64,000 nucleotides of DNA from Eledone cirrhosa (taxonomy: Eukaryota). A program made the position numbers and the translations under genes. Every line of letters starts with the position of its first letter. The first letter of the stretch is position 1. The notes under the pieces are model-generated. The model did not search any database, was not told where the DNA came from, and was given only the letters and a program-made list of their open reading frames with translations. Below, piece after piece: positions 12,709 to 25,725 of the stretch. Where the stretch lies: positions 18,414,001 through 18,478,000 of the forward strand of contig OZ024743.1 of NCBI GenBank assembly GCA_964016885.1, given 5' to 3'.

Positions 12709-13832
12709 TGTGTGGGTGGGTAGGTGTGTGTGTGTATATGTTCGTGTGTATGTGTGTGTGTGCGTATGTCTGTGTGTGTGTACATACATACACATATGTG
12801 CGCGTAGGTTTGTTTTGCTGATTGTTTTCATATATGTGCATCAGTCCAGCATTCTGTACGTATGCATGTTAGCACAACATACTTACTTCTTCAGTGTTGC
12901 TCTTCGTTGGAAATATACAACAGTGTTTGTATCCAACGGCCATCAATTGGAATTAGCATTTTTATGAGATCAAATAAATTAAACATATTTGATGCAAAGT
13001 TATTCGATACGAAGTATATGGAAAAGGCGATTATATTCATAGATATTGATTTCAGGTTATGTTTGATGTTACATCCTACGAGCGATTGAAATTTGTTTAA
13101 ATATATATGTTTCCTCTTTTGCTTCAAGTATGTTTTTTTTGCTCTCGTTGATTCACTTCGTTATATTATGTTTACTTTTTATATACCATTTAAACCATGT
13201 GAGTATCTTTATTTATTTGTAATATGCAAGTGTTTCAGAGTTTTATTTCTCATTTGCTAGTAAACAAAACTAATACCCTGTCATGTAACTTTAAATTCAT
13301 AGTAAATCATTATATTTCATTTCACCAAACTACAATTATTTTGTATTATAATATTTCGGCATGTTTTATGCTTTGTTCAAATCTCAGCAAATATAAATTT
13401 GCTGATCAGCATTTCTATTTTGATACAATAATATACTAATCATGTTTGGGAGTCGATAAATGTCTGTCTACACTTCACACAGAAAGAGGCATTTTGTCTT
13501 TCTTTATCGAAATTATTCCATGAAATAATTTGCTATTGTTTGGCAGGTTTAGTAAAATGTGCAGATCTCAATATTTACATTATTTCTAGTTTCGATGTCA
13601 ATACCTGTCGGAAAAAGATTTTAGTTTCATTTGCCCGGGCTCGATGAATGAGTAAAGTATGTTACTTATTTCCATAGTCTGTGAAATTATCCAGCAGAGA
13701 CTAAAAGCATTGCTTTAATATATAAAAATGTGATATACAAATCGAGAATTAATAGGAATACCTACACACGCACATACACACACTCACACATATGAATTAT
13801 CAATATACAAATAGTTATTATATATATATATA

Positions 13833-13933
<101 letters not shown>

Positions 13934-14526
13934 TCAATACATTAACAGAGAAAGCTTTCAGATGGCTTCCATCTCACTCAACAAACATTAGGGTATACCT
14001 TAGTATAATCCCAATTTTACGTTTGGGGTGCTAACTATATGTATTTTGCGGAAGGCCAGTTGTATTATTTTATATGAGACGTAATAAAATATATCTCCCT
14101 TTCCGAACAATTGTTTCATTATAAGTTTTCTACAAGTTGGGAGAATGTGTCCGGGTTATGTAGAAGCCTTCACATATTCCGTAGGAATATATGCAGGTGG
14201 GCACTTATAAATCATCAGTGGATGCCCGTCAAACATCGATATAAAAAAACTCTCTTACCGATGTTAAATCCCATGTCAGCGATGGTCTCTCTCCGTATCA
14301 GAATGACCGCCAAATTTGAAATTCCAGCAGTCTCAGTATGAGGAATCTCACACTGTCATCAAGCGGAAAGGGGAGGTCATCGCGAAATACAAGGAAGTCA
14401 AATAATATACACGTGAGTAAATTAATTTTTTCAACAATTTAAACCTTGCGTGTGAAGAACTCAATTAGATTTTAAAAAATATATATATATGCATGTATTA
14501 TTTATACACGCATATAGGTATTTTCT

Positions 14527-14557
<31 letters not shown>

Positions 14558-14573
14558 TATATATATATATATC

Positions 14574-14755
14574 AGTACTCCTTTGGGAGCCCCTACATGG
14601 ACACACTAGAAGAGGAAGACCAAGGTTAACGTATGTTGATGCCCTAAGGACAGACACTGGTATGTTGGAGATGCAGGATATGGCAGCGATAATGAGGGAC
14701 AGAGACCGATGGAGAGAACTCGTCCATGGATCTCGGGAATTTTACCCGCCTTAGA
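14574..14755 (+). mobile_element. 3' end of an RTE-group LINE (5'-truncated)
   Basis: Translates VLLWEPLHGHTRRGRPRLTYVDALRTDTG...[11 protein letters not shown]...YPP*, the typical RTE-group C-terminus. TAGA-like tail. A second copy is at 51328-51445. Confidence 0.8.
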
Positions 14756-14791
14756 TATATAGATATATATATATCTAAGACTTTACATGTA

Positions 14792-14842
<51 letters not shown>

Positions 14843-14850
<8 letters not shown>

Positions 14851-15203
14851 TAAAATAACAGATTAAAGTTTAAGCAAAGAATCGCGTAATTGTTTTTCAC
14901 CGTTCCTATTAATGACGTATTATTCGTTTTTTCCCGTTCTTTTCCAGCGAACGTTTCCACGAGCCAAAGTATCATCTTCCTGTCTTCCCCCGGTTGCATC
15001 ATTTTTTTGAAATATCCAGTTCTGCGTTTACTGATTGACTTTGTTAGCTTCAGAAGATCCCGTTGAGGGTGAAAGCAGCGATTCTTTGCTTAAACTTTAA
15101 TCTGTTATTTTAAGAAATATTTGCTCTACGGTTCTTATATATTTGATATATATTTATCCTTATCGAGCCCTCTTTGGATTTTAGTCTTCAAATTTATTAT
15201 TAT

Positions 15204-15207
<4 letters not shown>
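14843..15207. repeat. Short pLTR-like repeat with a partial inverted copy; relatives at ~25495-25577 and 26820-26960
   Basis: TAAAATAACAGATTAAAGTTTAAGCAAAGAATCGC is mirrored at ~15078-15113. The same sequence recurs at 26820-26960. It follows a degenerate CAGAAGA...GAAAG motif. Confidence 0.7.
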
Positions 15208-15232
<25 letters not shown>

Positions 15233-15234
<2 letters not shown>

Positions 15235-15365
15235 CGATATTAAATAAATGGAAACTATATTTATAAAACCATATTTATTTCATTATATATATTTCAGGGA
15301 TATCATATTAAAAATATGTTATGCCTTCTTCAGACAAAATACAATATAAACAGTCTTATAAATAG
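15233..15365 (-). mobile_element. Penelope pLTR fragment with minimal hammerhead-like motif (homolog of 41648-41780)
   Basis: Minus strand reads CTGAAGA-AGG...CCT-GAAA-TATA-TA, then AATAAA, then (TA)n. Confidence 0.65.
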
Positions 15366-16654
15366 ATAGATTTGACATACCTTTCAACTTCAACTTCCAT
15401 TTAAAAAGTTGATTTGGTAGTGAAAAATATTAGGGACAGTTATAAAAAGAAAGAAAGAAAGAAAAAAAACGAAGAAAAAGAAGAAATGCATGCAACTAAA
15501 TAGAGAGATATAGATATAGAGAGATAGATAGAGTGAAGAAATTCATGTAAAGAAACAGAGAGAGATATATAGAGAGAGGAAAACACACAGAGGGAGATAG
15601 ATAGAGAGAGAGAGAGAGAAGAGAGAGAGAGAACAAATAGAGAGAGATAGATATAGATAGAGATAGAGAGAAAGAAAATAGGTAGTTGGGCACCAGTTGA
15701 ATGACGTATCAATGATATATTTATTTATTTATTTATTTATTTATTTAGTTCTAGTATTAATGTAGAGAGATATATATGTGGTTAGGAGAGAAAACAGCCG
15801 TTACATAGAGAGAAAAGAAAAATATCCAGACATAAACGAAGCAGATTTAAAACATTATGTTTCATCAATGTAAAAATATCAATTCGTATGAATTAGGTAT
15901 TATAATGTAAATATCAATATTCATGAATGAGACACGTATCAATAATGTGTGAAAAATAATGATCATATGTCTAGTTTAAAATTCCTAGGTTTATATCAGA
16001 GTTGAGAAAAATAGAAGGTTATCCCAGATTCGATACTATAGACATCCATGTGAATTTACGTGATCAACTCTCCAAATTCCTATTTCACATGAAAACATTC
16101 TCATTGTGCTATAAAAATTCTAGTATACATATATGTGTACATACACACAAATATATATAGAGTCTACATTAATTTTAACAATACTATTCTTGTCTTTACT
16201 CTACATGATTATCGTTCAAGCATAAATAGAGAACAGATATCAATATATCAATAAAAATATCAGAAATATAAAAATAAAAAATATTAAAAATAAAAATATT
16301 AAAAATAAAACATAGTATGCCCCGCAAATCAACCACAGAGATCAACCCTTCAAAGTTAATTGACAATATATTGCCAAGTTCGTTATAAGCATCAGAATCA
16401 AAAGCAGACAAAACCAAAATTATTTACCAAATCCTGTCTAGCAGAAAACATTCCAAAAGTTTAGGATACCCATTTGATCTACAGATGGTCTTATATTTAA
16501 TATAGAAGTTTTTCTAGTGTAAAATGTATTCGATATATTTGGAGCATCAGCTTTTAGGGTAGTTTAATTATTCATGAAGAATGTTTAAAATAAAAAAGAA
16601 ATCGAAAGATTTATCGGCGAGTTTCATAAATAATTATAAATCAAATTAAATATA

Positions 16655-18308
16655 CTACATTTTAAATTTATATTTATATTTAAAAGTTGAGTTCAATCTA
16701 TGTCTGCAGCAACTGAATAAATTTGTCCGTAAATTAAGGGAATTTTTAGATTTTAGTATAAAGAATATCTCCTCCGTGCAGAGGTCACATGTCTCAGAGG
16801 ATGAATTAAAAGGAATCCCTCTTGAGACTATATTCCAAGCCGTCGAATATCCAACGTTATCATGCTTAAGTTGCCAGAGTAAGCCTGATAGTGATGTTGA
16901 AGATTTTTTGCTTGGATATGTGAAATAATTCTTGTGGTTATTATAGCGAAGTTTAAATTCTGTCGAGGTGGAACCAACGTAGTTAAAAGAATTTAAGTCC
17001 GTTTTAACATTACAGTTGTATATTATATTTTTAACTAAGCAATTGTTATTTAACGGACATTTAGATCTATCTCTACAGTTACATTTGTTTACTTGGATAT
17101 TATTTATGCTATTATCGGTATTTTGGCTAGGTTTTAAATTCCTATTATTTATTCTATTAATATTTTGTGCTAAATTTTTGGTGGATGAGTAAGTTAATTT
17201 TATAGTATGTCTATTGAAAATTGAGTGATACCTATGTGTTCTAGGGAAGCGATTATCAAGAGCATTAAAAAATAGTTTAGCGATGTGGGTTTTAATGTTT
17301 AGTGAGAGGGGGGGGGGGGGGCAAACCATATTATATTCCTAGTTCTATTTCTTTCTTGGCTTTTGGAATTATTGTAATGCTTTCTATTATAGTTGTTAAA
17401 GTTGTTGCCGTAATTAAAATTGTTGTTATTTTGGTTAGTTTGTCTATTATTATCTATGTACATAATTTTATCACTATATCCTGCTCTAGCTAACGCTTCA
17501 TTGTAATACTGGGCTTTTTCGTCGAAAATCTTTTTATTAGATGAGATTCTAGAGATACGTTTTTGAACAGAGTTTACTATAGTATTTTTAACAGATCTGG
17601 GGTGGTTAGAGTTAAAGCTGACATAGTTTAAGTTTTCATTCAACTTGTGAAATGGATAGTGAAGACATGTGTTGAGATTTAATGTTACATCTAGGAAATT
17701 GACTATTCTATGGTTATTCTCAATTTCTATTTTTAGATTAAAGTAATTAAAAAATTGTGTAATTTGTTTTCTTTTTCTATTTAGTTCAGAGTTATTATTT
17801 TCAATAAGTAAAAGCATGTCATCTCTATATAAACCTTCGGTAGCACCGGGTATTTTCCTATGCAGCGAATTGATTATAAATAGGCCCACAAGGTCAGTTA
17901 CCTGAGCTGAGTCGGATGATCCCATAGTAATGTCGAAATTGTTATCTCTATCTGCTCTGGTCCATAGTTGCTCATTAAATTCTATCAATGTTTTCCTAGC
18001 CGATAATATAATGTGCATTTCATTGCTAGTTAGGTCTGTATGTTTGAATGCGTAATTTAGTGCCTTATTTAGTAGATTAGAGGTAATAGATGAATAATAG
18101 TTAGCAATATCTAGTTGAATAAACTTATTATTATTGTTATATTTAATTTCTTTAAACCACTCAATAACCTCTCCAGTTCCCTTCCACAAGCTCAAGTTAG
18201 GTAAACAATTCAAGTTTTTAAGTTGCTGTATCACCCTGTCTAGAATGTTTTTGCTTAGTTTACCCAGGTCAGATTTTGATGGTGCAATCAATCTGACTGG
18301 CAGGTCAT

Positions 18309-18310
<2 letters not shown>
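16655..18310 (-). pseudogene. Penelope-like RT + GIY-YIG polyprotein, family B (Nematis-like), 5'-truncated, one frameshift
   Basis: RT motifs FIQLDIANYYSSI, DITMGSSDSAQVTDLVGL, GLYRDD and SNHP. Linker CNCRDRSKCPL. GIY-YIG IIYNC...YVGST...RYNNH and C-terminal CDLCTEE...CRH. The frameshift is in a G-run near 17307-17321. Clade assignment is from memory of motifs. Confidence 0.92.
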
Positions 18311-18358
<48 letters not shown>

Positions 18359-18361
18359 TAT

Positions 18362-18409
<48 letters not shown>

Positions 18410-18420
18410 AAATATATATA

Positions 18421-18481
<61 letters not shown>

Positions 18482-18678
18482 GTTTGTACATGTATAATAA
18501 AGCCAAAACAATGCAGGTATGGACATAGAATAAAGAATGCAAATGCAAAAGATATTGTTGACATTTAGTCTTTTACCTTAGATTTATTTAAATCTCCTTA
18601 ATTTTCGAGATAATATCTCTTCTTTGGAGGGAAGTAAAGCGGTCAAACCAGTGTTCTAAATAGCTTGCCAAGTCATGC

Positions 18679-18800
<122 letters not shown>

Positions 18801-19308
18801 GTGTGTGTGTGTGTGGACACGAAACTCCTTAAGGATCGTATGTCATTTACACTTAAAGCTGGTGGATCCCATCTTCTTACCAGGGCTGAATACAGCAAAC
18901 CTTTTCCCTAGACACACATATCGTGTTTTACTACCATCATGAAATAGGGAACGAGGGTCTAAACCTGGTGGATGCCACACCTCCTCTTGTTAGAACAGCG
19001 CAAATTTCTATCAGAAATATTGTAAGAGATGGTATTGGTTATAGTAGTAGTATAGAAGCAGAATTATTATTGATCGACCTCTAAATTATTAAAAGTTCAA
19101 GACAGCCGTAACGGATACACATAGCATTCGTTCCGAAATTAATATATATCTGTAGTCAGTACAATAATGTAGTGATTAGAGATAAAGATTAATCTGGGCG
19201 AACGGCGGGTAACGGAACGAAACTTAGTCCTTGGGTTTTAGATGTTTTTAAATATTAATTGTTTTTTGGGTAATGGTCATATATGTATTCATAAATAAGA
19301 CCTGATCC

Positions 19309-19365
<57 letters not shown>

Positions 19366-19657
19366 AAATGATAGATAGATATATAGATAGATAAATATAT
19401 AGATAGATATATATATAGATAGATTTCTTTATTAGCCACAAGGGCGCAACAAGAAAGGGGACAATACAAAGACATGCCGGGGATTTTACATACAGTCCTG
19501 TAAAAAATATAAAAACAAACAATTTCAACAATCGAAATCCCCAATAGGGGGGAGGCGCCACAAATGGGTTGTTTAATACCCCGTCGATAGAACAACCCTC
19601 AACTCGAGGAGCGTGTTGTGCAAGTGCTGCTTTCTTCCTTTTGCTCTCTTCCTCAAC

Positions 19658-22600
19658 CTACAGGCTTATAAACAGAGAAGGCCCAATCACTCGGGCCATT
19701 TTCGCTTCATTCACCCACCTTTCAGTAAATTTACTGGGGTGCAGTGCCTCTCTCTCCACCCTGATTCTCCTTCTAAAGTGATACTTAAAGAAGGGAATCA
19801 ATTGTTGTCCGGAGAGAAAGGCATCTGTCCTCAGTCCTCTCAACCTCGTCCACCATATAACTTCTTTCACCATAGCCACCGTACAGAGGAAAACCGCCTC
19901 TCTTTCGTTTTTGAAAGAGTCTGGCGGTTTGATCCTTACTATGGACTCGGCAGTCAACTGTATTTGTCCCATACGCGACAGCAGTTGTTCTGCATAGTTC
20001 CACAGGTCGCTTACGCCCGGGCAGTGTACAATTGCGTGCAGAACTGTTTCAATGTCCTGCGCACATCTTGGACACGTCCTCTTGGAAGGATCCCTGCCAA
20101 GGCGTCCGTGCCTGTAGATCTTGTCACGAACCGGTAGAGCTCCTCGGTAGGACTGCCAGGCTAGGGACCTCTGGAAGTTGTCCATAGGTCCAGGGCGGAA
20201 AGTCCTACCAAACATACTGGTGAGCTCATCGTCTTCGACGCCCAGAGTCTCTCCGAGAACGTCGTCGCCCTTGTAACGTACAATCCCTCTATAGAATGTC
20301 GAAGTGGAGTCTCCACTGATTGCTGCCCCCGCTTGCCAGAGGACTGTGAGCGCCTGAGCGCATTCAATGTGCCAGGCGCCCATCGTTTTCGGTCTTTTCT
20401 TCACCCAGGACTGCAGTTCCGTTAACGAGACGAGCTGTGGAAAAGCCTGTCTCACAAACGGTGCCCACACCGGTTGGGGGTCGGTGAGGAATACCTGGAG
20501 ATGCCGCAGCCTCAGCGCATGTTTGCGCATCATCAGCCACGGCATTCCCAGCCCTCCGTTGGAAGGGTGCTGACAGCAGACGGATCTCCTCACCAGCGGA
20601 GCCTGCTTCTTCCACAGAAACTGGAAGAGCATGCGTTCCATCTTGGCGAGGTGTTCACGGGGACAAGGCACGACAGTCAAGCGGTAGTAGATGACGGACG
20701 CTATGAAAGTGTTCGCCACCTCCGCTCGACCTTTCAAGGACAGTTTGCACTCTGCCCACTTCTGAGTGAGTGCAAACACCTTGGCCGTGACCTCGTTCCA
20801 GTTTTTCTCCACCTGGAGATCTGGACCGAACCAGACCCCGAGCAATTTCACCGGTCCGTCCGTCCAGCGTCCAACGACGCTGTCGGATGTCATCGGTTTG
20901 CCTCTCCACGTACCGAGTTACAAACCGACAGACTTGTCTGGGTTTAGTTTTGCTCCCGTCAGCGTTTCGTATTCTTTCAGTATGTTGCCGATCACCCCGA
21001 TTTCCGAGGTGCTCGACACCATTACTGTGACGTCGTCGGCATAAGCCGACGCCGCTTTGCGCAGTCCCGGTTCTAGGGGGATGCCCTGCAACAGCTCCAA
21101 TTTCCGCAGTAGTGGCTCTAGAGTCAATACATACAGAATGGAGGAGAGAGGGCATCCCTGTCGAATGGAACGCGTGATTGCGAACGGCTCCGATAGGTAG
21201 CCGTTCACCTTGACCCTCGAGCAGATGCTGGTGTGCATCGCCTCGATCCATCCTCTGAACACGGGACCGAAACCGGCCGCCGTGAGAACCGCTTCCAAGT
21301 ATCGATGGTCGACCCTATCGAATGCCTTAGACTGATCCAAGTTGATCAGAGCCCCACCGAAGCCGGGTTTACTACCCACCCTCTCTATGATGTATCGCAT
21401 GAGGTGGAGGTTGTCGTGTATGGACCTGGTCGGGATTGCACACGTTTGCGCTTTCCCTACCAGGTTCTCGACGACAAGCGCCAACCTCGTCGCTAGCACC
21501 TTGGCTAATATCTTTAACTCTGTGTTGTGCAGAGTTATGGGCCTGAAGTTGTTAATTTCGTCCCCCTTGTTCTCGTCTTTCCTGATCAGCGTTACTACGC
21601 CCTTGCCTGCAGAACTGGGAATTCTCCCGTTCTGCTGCCAATTGCAGTAGACGGCTTCGAGGACGCCAGAGAACAAGTCCGGCATGCCTATGTAAAATTC
21701 GTAGGGTAGACCATCTAGACCGGGTGACTTGCGTTTCCCGCAGCGGCCCAGAGCGTCCCGTATCTCAGTGTCCGTGATCGGTCTTTCGCAGAACTCGGCG
21801 TCCGTGTTCGAGAGACGCGGCAGGCCGTCGAGGTATGAACTAAAGTCCATTGCCCCGTTCGGCTCACCGTCGTTCTGCTCAAACAGTCGCGCAAAGTGCC
21901 GCTGAAAGGCCGCGCACATTTGCTTGGGGTCAAGTAGCACGCGTCCGTTTTGGTCTTTCAAAGACCGAATCGTGGACTTGTTGCCATATTTTGCCTCCGC
22001 CACTCGGGCCCAGCTGACAGCTTTCGCTCCTTCGTTTCCTAGAGCACGTGTTTTGCTTCTGACCACGCAGCCTTCGTGTTTCGCATCGAAGAACTGGTCC
22101 AGTGCCGTTCTCTACGCTAACACTCTAGCCGCGTTGCCACTTCTAAGTGCCTCCTCTACCTTGGCTACTAGTTCTCTTTCTATTCTGTTTTTCTCTAAGG
22201 CTAACTCTCTGCTATACCCTATCGATTCTATTATAATTGCTTTCTTGAGAGAGTAGCACCATCTATTGTTCACGATGGCTCCCGTTAACTGTTGCTTGAC
22301 TAGTTTACTTATCCGTTCACTGTAAGCTTTACGTGCCGGCAACGACACGTTCAGCTTCCAGTATCCGGGACCCTGTCTATGTATTCTATCACGGTTGACT
22401 AAGCAGACGACTAACTTGTGATCTGAATAGGCAACCATGTGCATTCGTGGACAGCTTAACATATCCTTGTCCCTTCTCTAATGAAGAACCTATCTAAATA
22501 CGATCTAGATGTCCCACTGCGGTTTACCCACGTCCACTGTGGTGCAGTCGGGAAATCCAGTCGATACCTGTCGGCCAGTTGGAATTGGCCGATTAAAGTT

Positions 22601-23103
22601 TTGAAGCTGTTGCACCCCGCTCTACTGGGACATGCTCCCACATAGTCCCATCGTGCATCTAGGATACCATTCCAGTCCCCCGCTAAAAGTAAGGAGCGAG
22701 ACGTTCCCTGAAAAGACTCTAGACGCTTAAAGAAGTCTGGCCGTGATTGCGATTGCCCGGTCGGGGCATAAACGGCCACCAGTCTGAAGGCTCCGCCTCC
22801 GATACTGTTCACGTCTAGGACTACCAGTCTACCCTCCGGGTCCAAGTGTACTTGCTGTACTCCGACGTCCAGGTTCTTCCGAAACATAACAGCCACTCCA
22901 CCTCCACCTCCTGGCTGACAGAGAGATGCGTAGATCTCAAAGTCGTCGAAAATGGGGGTTAGTTGCTGCCTGTTGTGGATTCTGGACTCGGTGATGGCTA
23001 TCACATCCATACTGTGTGACCTAAGGTCGTTTAAAAGTTGGCCCTGTTTCCAGGGCATCCCTAGGCCACGCACATTCACGGTTCCAACTCGTAAACCAGC
23101 CAT
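19658..23103 (-). pseudogene. Tx1-type ORF2 (APE endonuclease, RT, C-terminal zinc knuckle), broken into four segments
   Basis: TVNVRGL, AVYAP, GDWN, SYLDR, SDHK; KSPGLDG, FRPITL, LDQSKAFDRV, RQGCPLS, AYADD; CPRCAQDIETVLHAIVHC. Confidence 0.93.
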
Positions 23104-23156
23104 GTTGGTGAAGAAAAGTTGGAGAAAAAGGACGAAATGTGCACTTACCTTTTCGT

Positions 23157-25023
23157 TTACTGGAGATCGGGTTGTTCAATCTCCATTTGGGTGCTGGATG
23201 GGGTGTTGGGTGGGGTGGGGAAACCTTTCAATAGGACGCGGTTGATGGGTTTGTGGCAGGGGTTGCCCCCGTCCTGTGAACATTTAATTTTCAGGTATTT
23301 ATAGGTTTCCATAGAAACCCTTATAAGTTTAAGGTGTGGAGACGATTCTGCCTTGACGAAAGTTTTGCCCTCCGTCTCCACCTTGGGGTTTTGGGAGATG
23401 ACCTCCATCAAACTCTTGTTGTTTGTGTTGATGTATGCGTATTGTTGTTTGTGTTTTTGTTGTATTGTTTTAGTTTGTTGTTCATCCGGGAGTTTTCTTT
23501 TTATGGTGGGTGCTTGTGTTTGGGGTGGTGTTGGTGCTGGTTTTGCTGATAGGGGGATGTTTGACTGTGGTGTTGTTTGTGTTGTTGTTTGTGTCTGTGG
23601 TTGTGTGTTGGTGTTGGTGATTGGAGTTTTTGGGGATTTTGTGGTGTCTCTTTTTTTGTTTTTTGGATTTCCGCGGTTCTCCCTCTTCTTCACTTAAAGA
23701 AGGAGAAGCAGCTTCATCCGTCGATGAATAATCATCGTCAGGTGTGTGGGGTAAGGGTATGTTGTGTGGTGGTGGTGGTATTTCGGTATGTGTGTTTGTG
23801 GTAGTGTTTGATGGAGTGGGATGGAGTGGGGATGTGTTCTTCAGGGGTGTTGTCTCTGTTTTTTCTGTTGTTGTTGGTTGAGTGTCTGTTTGTTTTGGTG
23901 TGGTTGCTCGTTTCGTCTGTCGTTGTACTTGTGGTGGTGGTGGTGGTTGTTTTGGTGTTGGTGTTGGTAATAGCGTTTTTTTTATGATCTTGCTGTTGTG
24001 TGTTTGTGGACAAGAGGCTTTTAGGTGAGATGTGCTACCACAGCGAAAGCAGTGAAATTTTCTTCCTTCTACCGAAATTTTTATTTTGTTGTTATTATCA
24101 ATAACGACTCTTTCGGATATTTTGGAGATTCTCTCCGGTTTCATTTGCAACAGAATCTCCAAATCGGTGCCCGCCCACCTTTGTCGAATGGATTTTCGTA
24201 TCGAAAGTATTATGTCTGTTTCTGGCTCTACGAAGCCAGCCAAGATCCACCAGATGTTAATGCTTGGAGGTATGTTTTTTATTTTTATTTTTTGTGTCCT
24301 TTTCCCCATGTATGTAGGGAAAAAGGTGTATGCTTTTGACACTATTGGTGTCACAGAGTGTTTTTGGGCCAGTGCCTCGCTTTTAAACAGTACGGAAACA
24401 CTTCCGTACTGTTTTCCTCGCTGGAGAAAATCGACATTTCCTAGAATCTCCTTGAAAGAATCTTCTATATCTGACTGATTAACAAATGTCGGTTTTCTTG
24501 ACGAATTTGACACAGTCCTAAAAGTGACTGATCGGCGGTTTGTGTCTTCCTTTATTTCAAGGGGTGAGTTAATTCTAAACCCACCTCTTTCTTCAAAAGT
24601 TACAAATTTTCTCCCTTGCTGGAGCATATCTCTTGCGTTGGAGATATCAAGATTTATAAAATCTTGTTTCTTGTTGACTGTGTCAGCGAAAGACATTTTC
24701 TTTTTTTGTGTGATGTTGTTGTTAATAATGATGTTATCGTTGTTGGAAATTTTATGTGTAGATGTATCTGTAGAGTTGTTGATGTCTTTTTCATGTGTAT
24801 GTATGTCAATGGTTTTTTTTGCCGTGTTTTCCCGTGTGTTATTGTCATTTTTCTCCGCTTCGGCGGTAGAAATTGTAACATTTTCAAATGTTGATATATT
24901 TTTTTCTCTTGTGACAGTATCTATGGCAACGTCCATAGCAGCAGAAGCAGATATAACGTTAATATCTGCCTCTTTCTCTCTCTTTTCTCTATTAACGTTC
25001 TCCAGCGTTCTAGTGTTGCTCAA
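23157..25023 (-). pseudogene. Tx1-type ORF1 (gag-like, CCHC knuckle, Thr/Pro-rich tail), frameshift near 23693
   Basis: CFRCGSTSHLKASC knuckle after an RRM-like region (KIKIKNIPPSI). It lies directly upstream of ORF2. The start codon is uncertain. Confidence 0.85.
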
Positions 25024-25320
25024 GTTTTTTTACTTTGTAAATAAAATGTTCGCCCCTACAGGGGCGAAAAATGGGATTACCACCCAGCTGACAATTCAGC
25101 TTGGGGGTTAATCTACAAAGTGTTGTATTTTTTTCAAACAATTAGATCGGTTTTTTGCATAGAAATTAACAAAAAACTTAGCGGCGATATTCCACACGTT
25201 AAACAGAAAGAGAGATAGATAGATAGATATAGATATAGATATATATAGATAGGTAGATAGATAGATATAGTTAGGGATTTTTTAACGTTCAGTTACTGTA
25301 GGTTTTGTCATTACCATGAC

Positions 25321-25411
25321 AGAAGTCTGACAAGCTTTGGATTCCAGATTCGGGCCAGATCGATACAGACCGAAACTTGAGCTGATCAAACGCGAAACGC
25401 GCGTCACAACT
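25321..25411 (+). ncRNA. Degenerate type I hammerhead-like motif with long stem II
   Basis: AGAAGT-CTGACAA-GCTTTG...CAAACGC-GAAAC-GCGC-GTC-ACAACT, followed by AATAAA. It is one substitution away from a CTGACGA core. Confidence 0.5.
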
Positions 25412-25568
25412 CAAAAATATAATAAAGACTTAACACGCCTTCATTGTTATTGATAGTGTATAAATATATAGTAATAATAACAAATTTTAAAACTAAACTC
25501 CAAAGATGGCTCGGTAAGGCTCGTTAAGGGTGAAAGTAGCGATTCTTTGCTGGAAATTTAATATGTTA

Positions 25569-25621
<53 letters not shown>

Positions 25622-25679
25622 GTAGTAGTAGTAGTAGTAGTAATAATAATAATAATAAGAAGAAGAAGAAGAATAATAA

Positions 25680-25725
<46 letters not shown>

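Larger units (their letters stand above)
19424..25210 (-). mobile_element. Near full-length Tx1/L1-clade non-LTR retrotransposon in a (TAGA)n-type repeat
   Basis: ORF1 plus APE-RT ORF2. The 3' UTR ends ...GGCTAATAAAGAAA|TCTATCTAT. GATA-type repeats flank both ends. Confidence 0.92.

Noticed and set aside
14259-14355. Possible minus-strand exon with AG and GTAAGA boundaries (CEIPHTETAGISNLAV...)
   Set aside because: Splice-like ends alone are weak evidence and no homology was recognised. It needs RNA-seq.
19569-25111. Plus-strand ORFs overlapping the Tx1 element
   Set aside because: They are antisense shadows of ORF1/ORF2 with no independent motifs.
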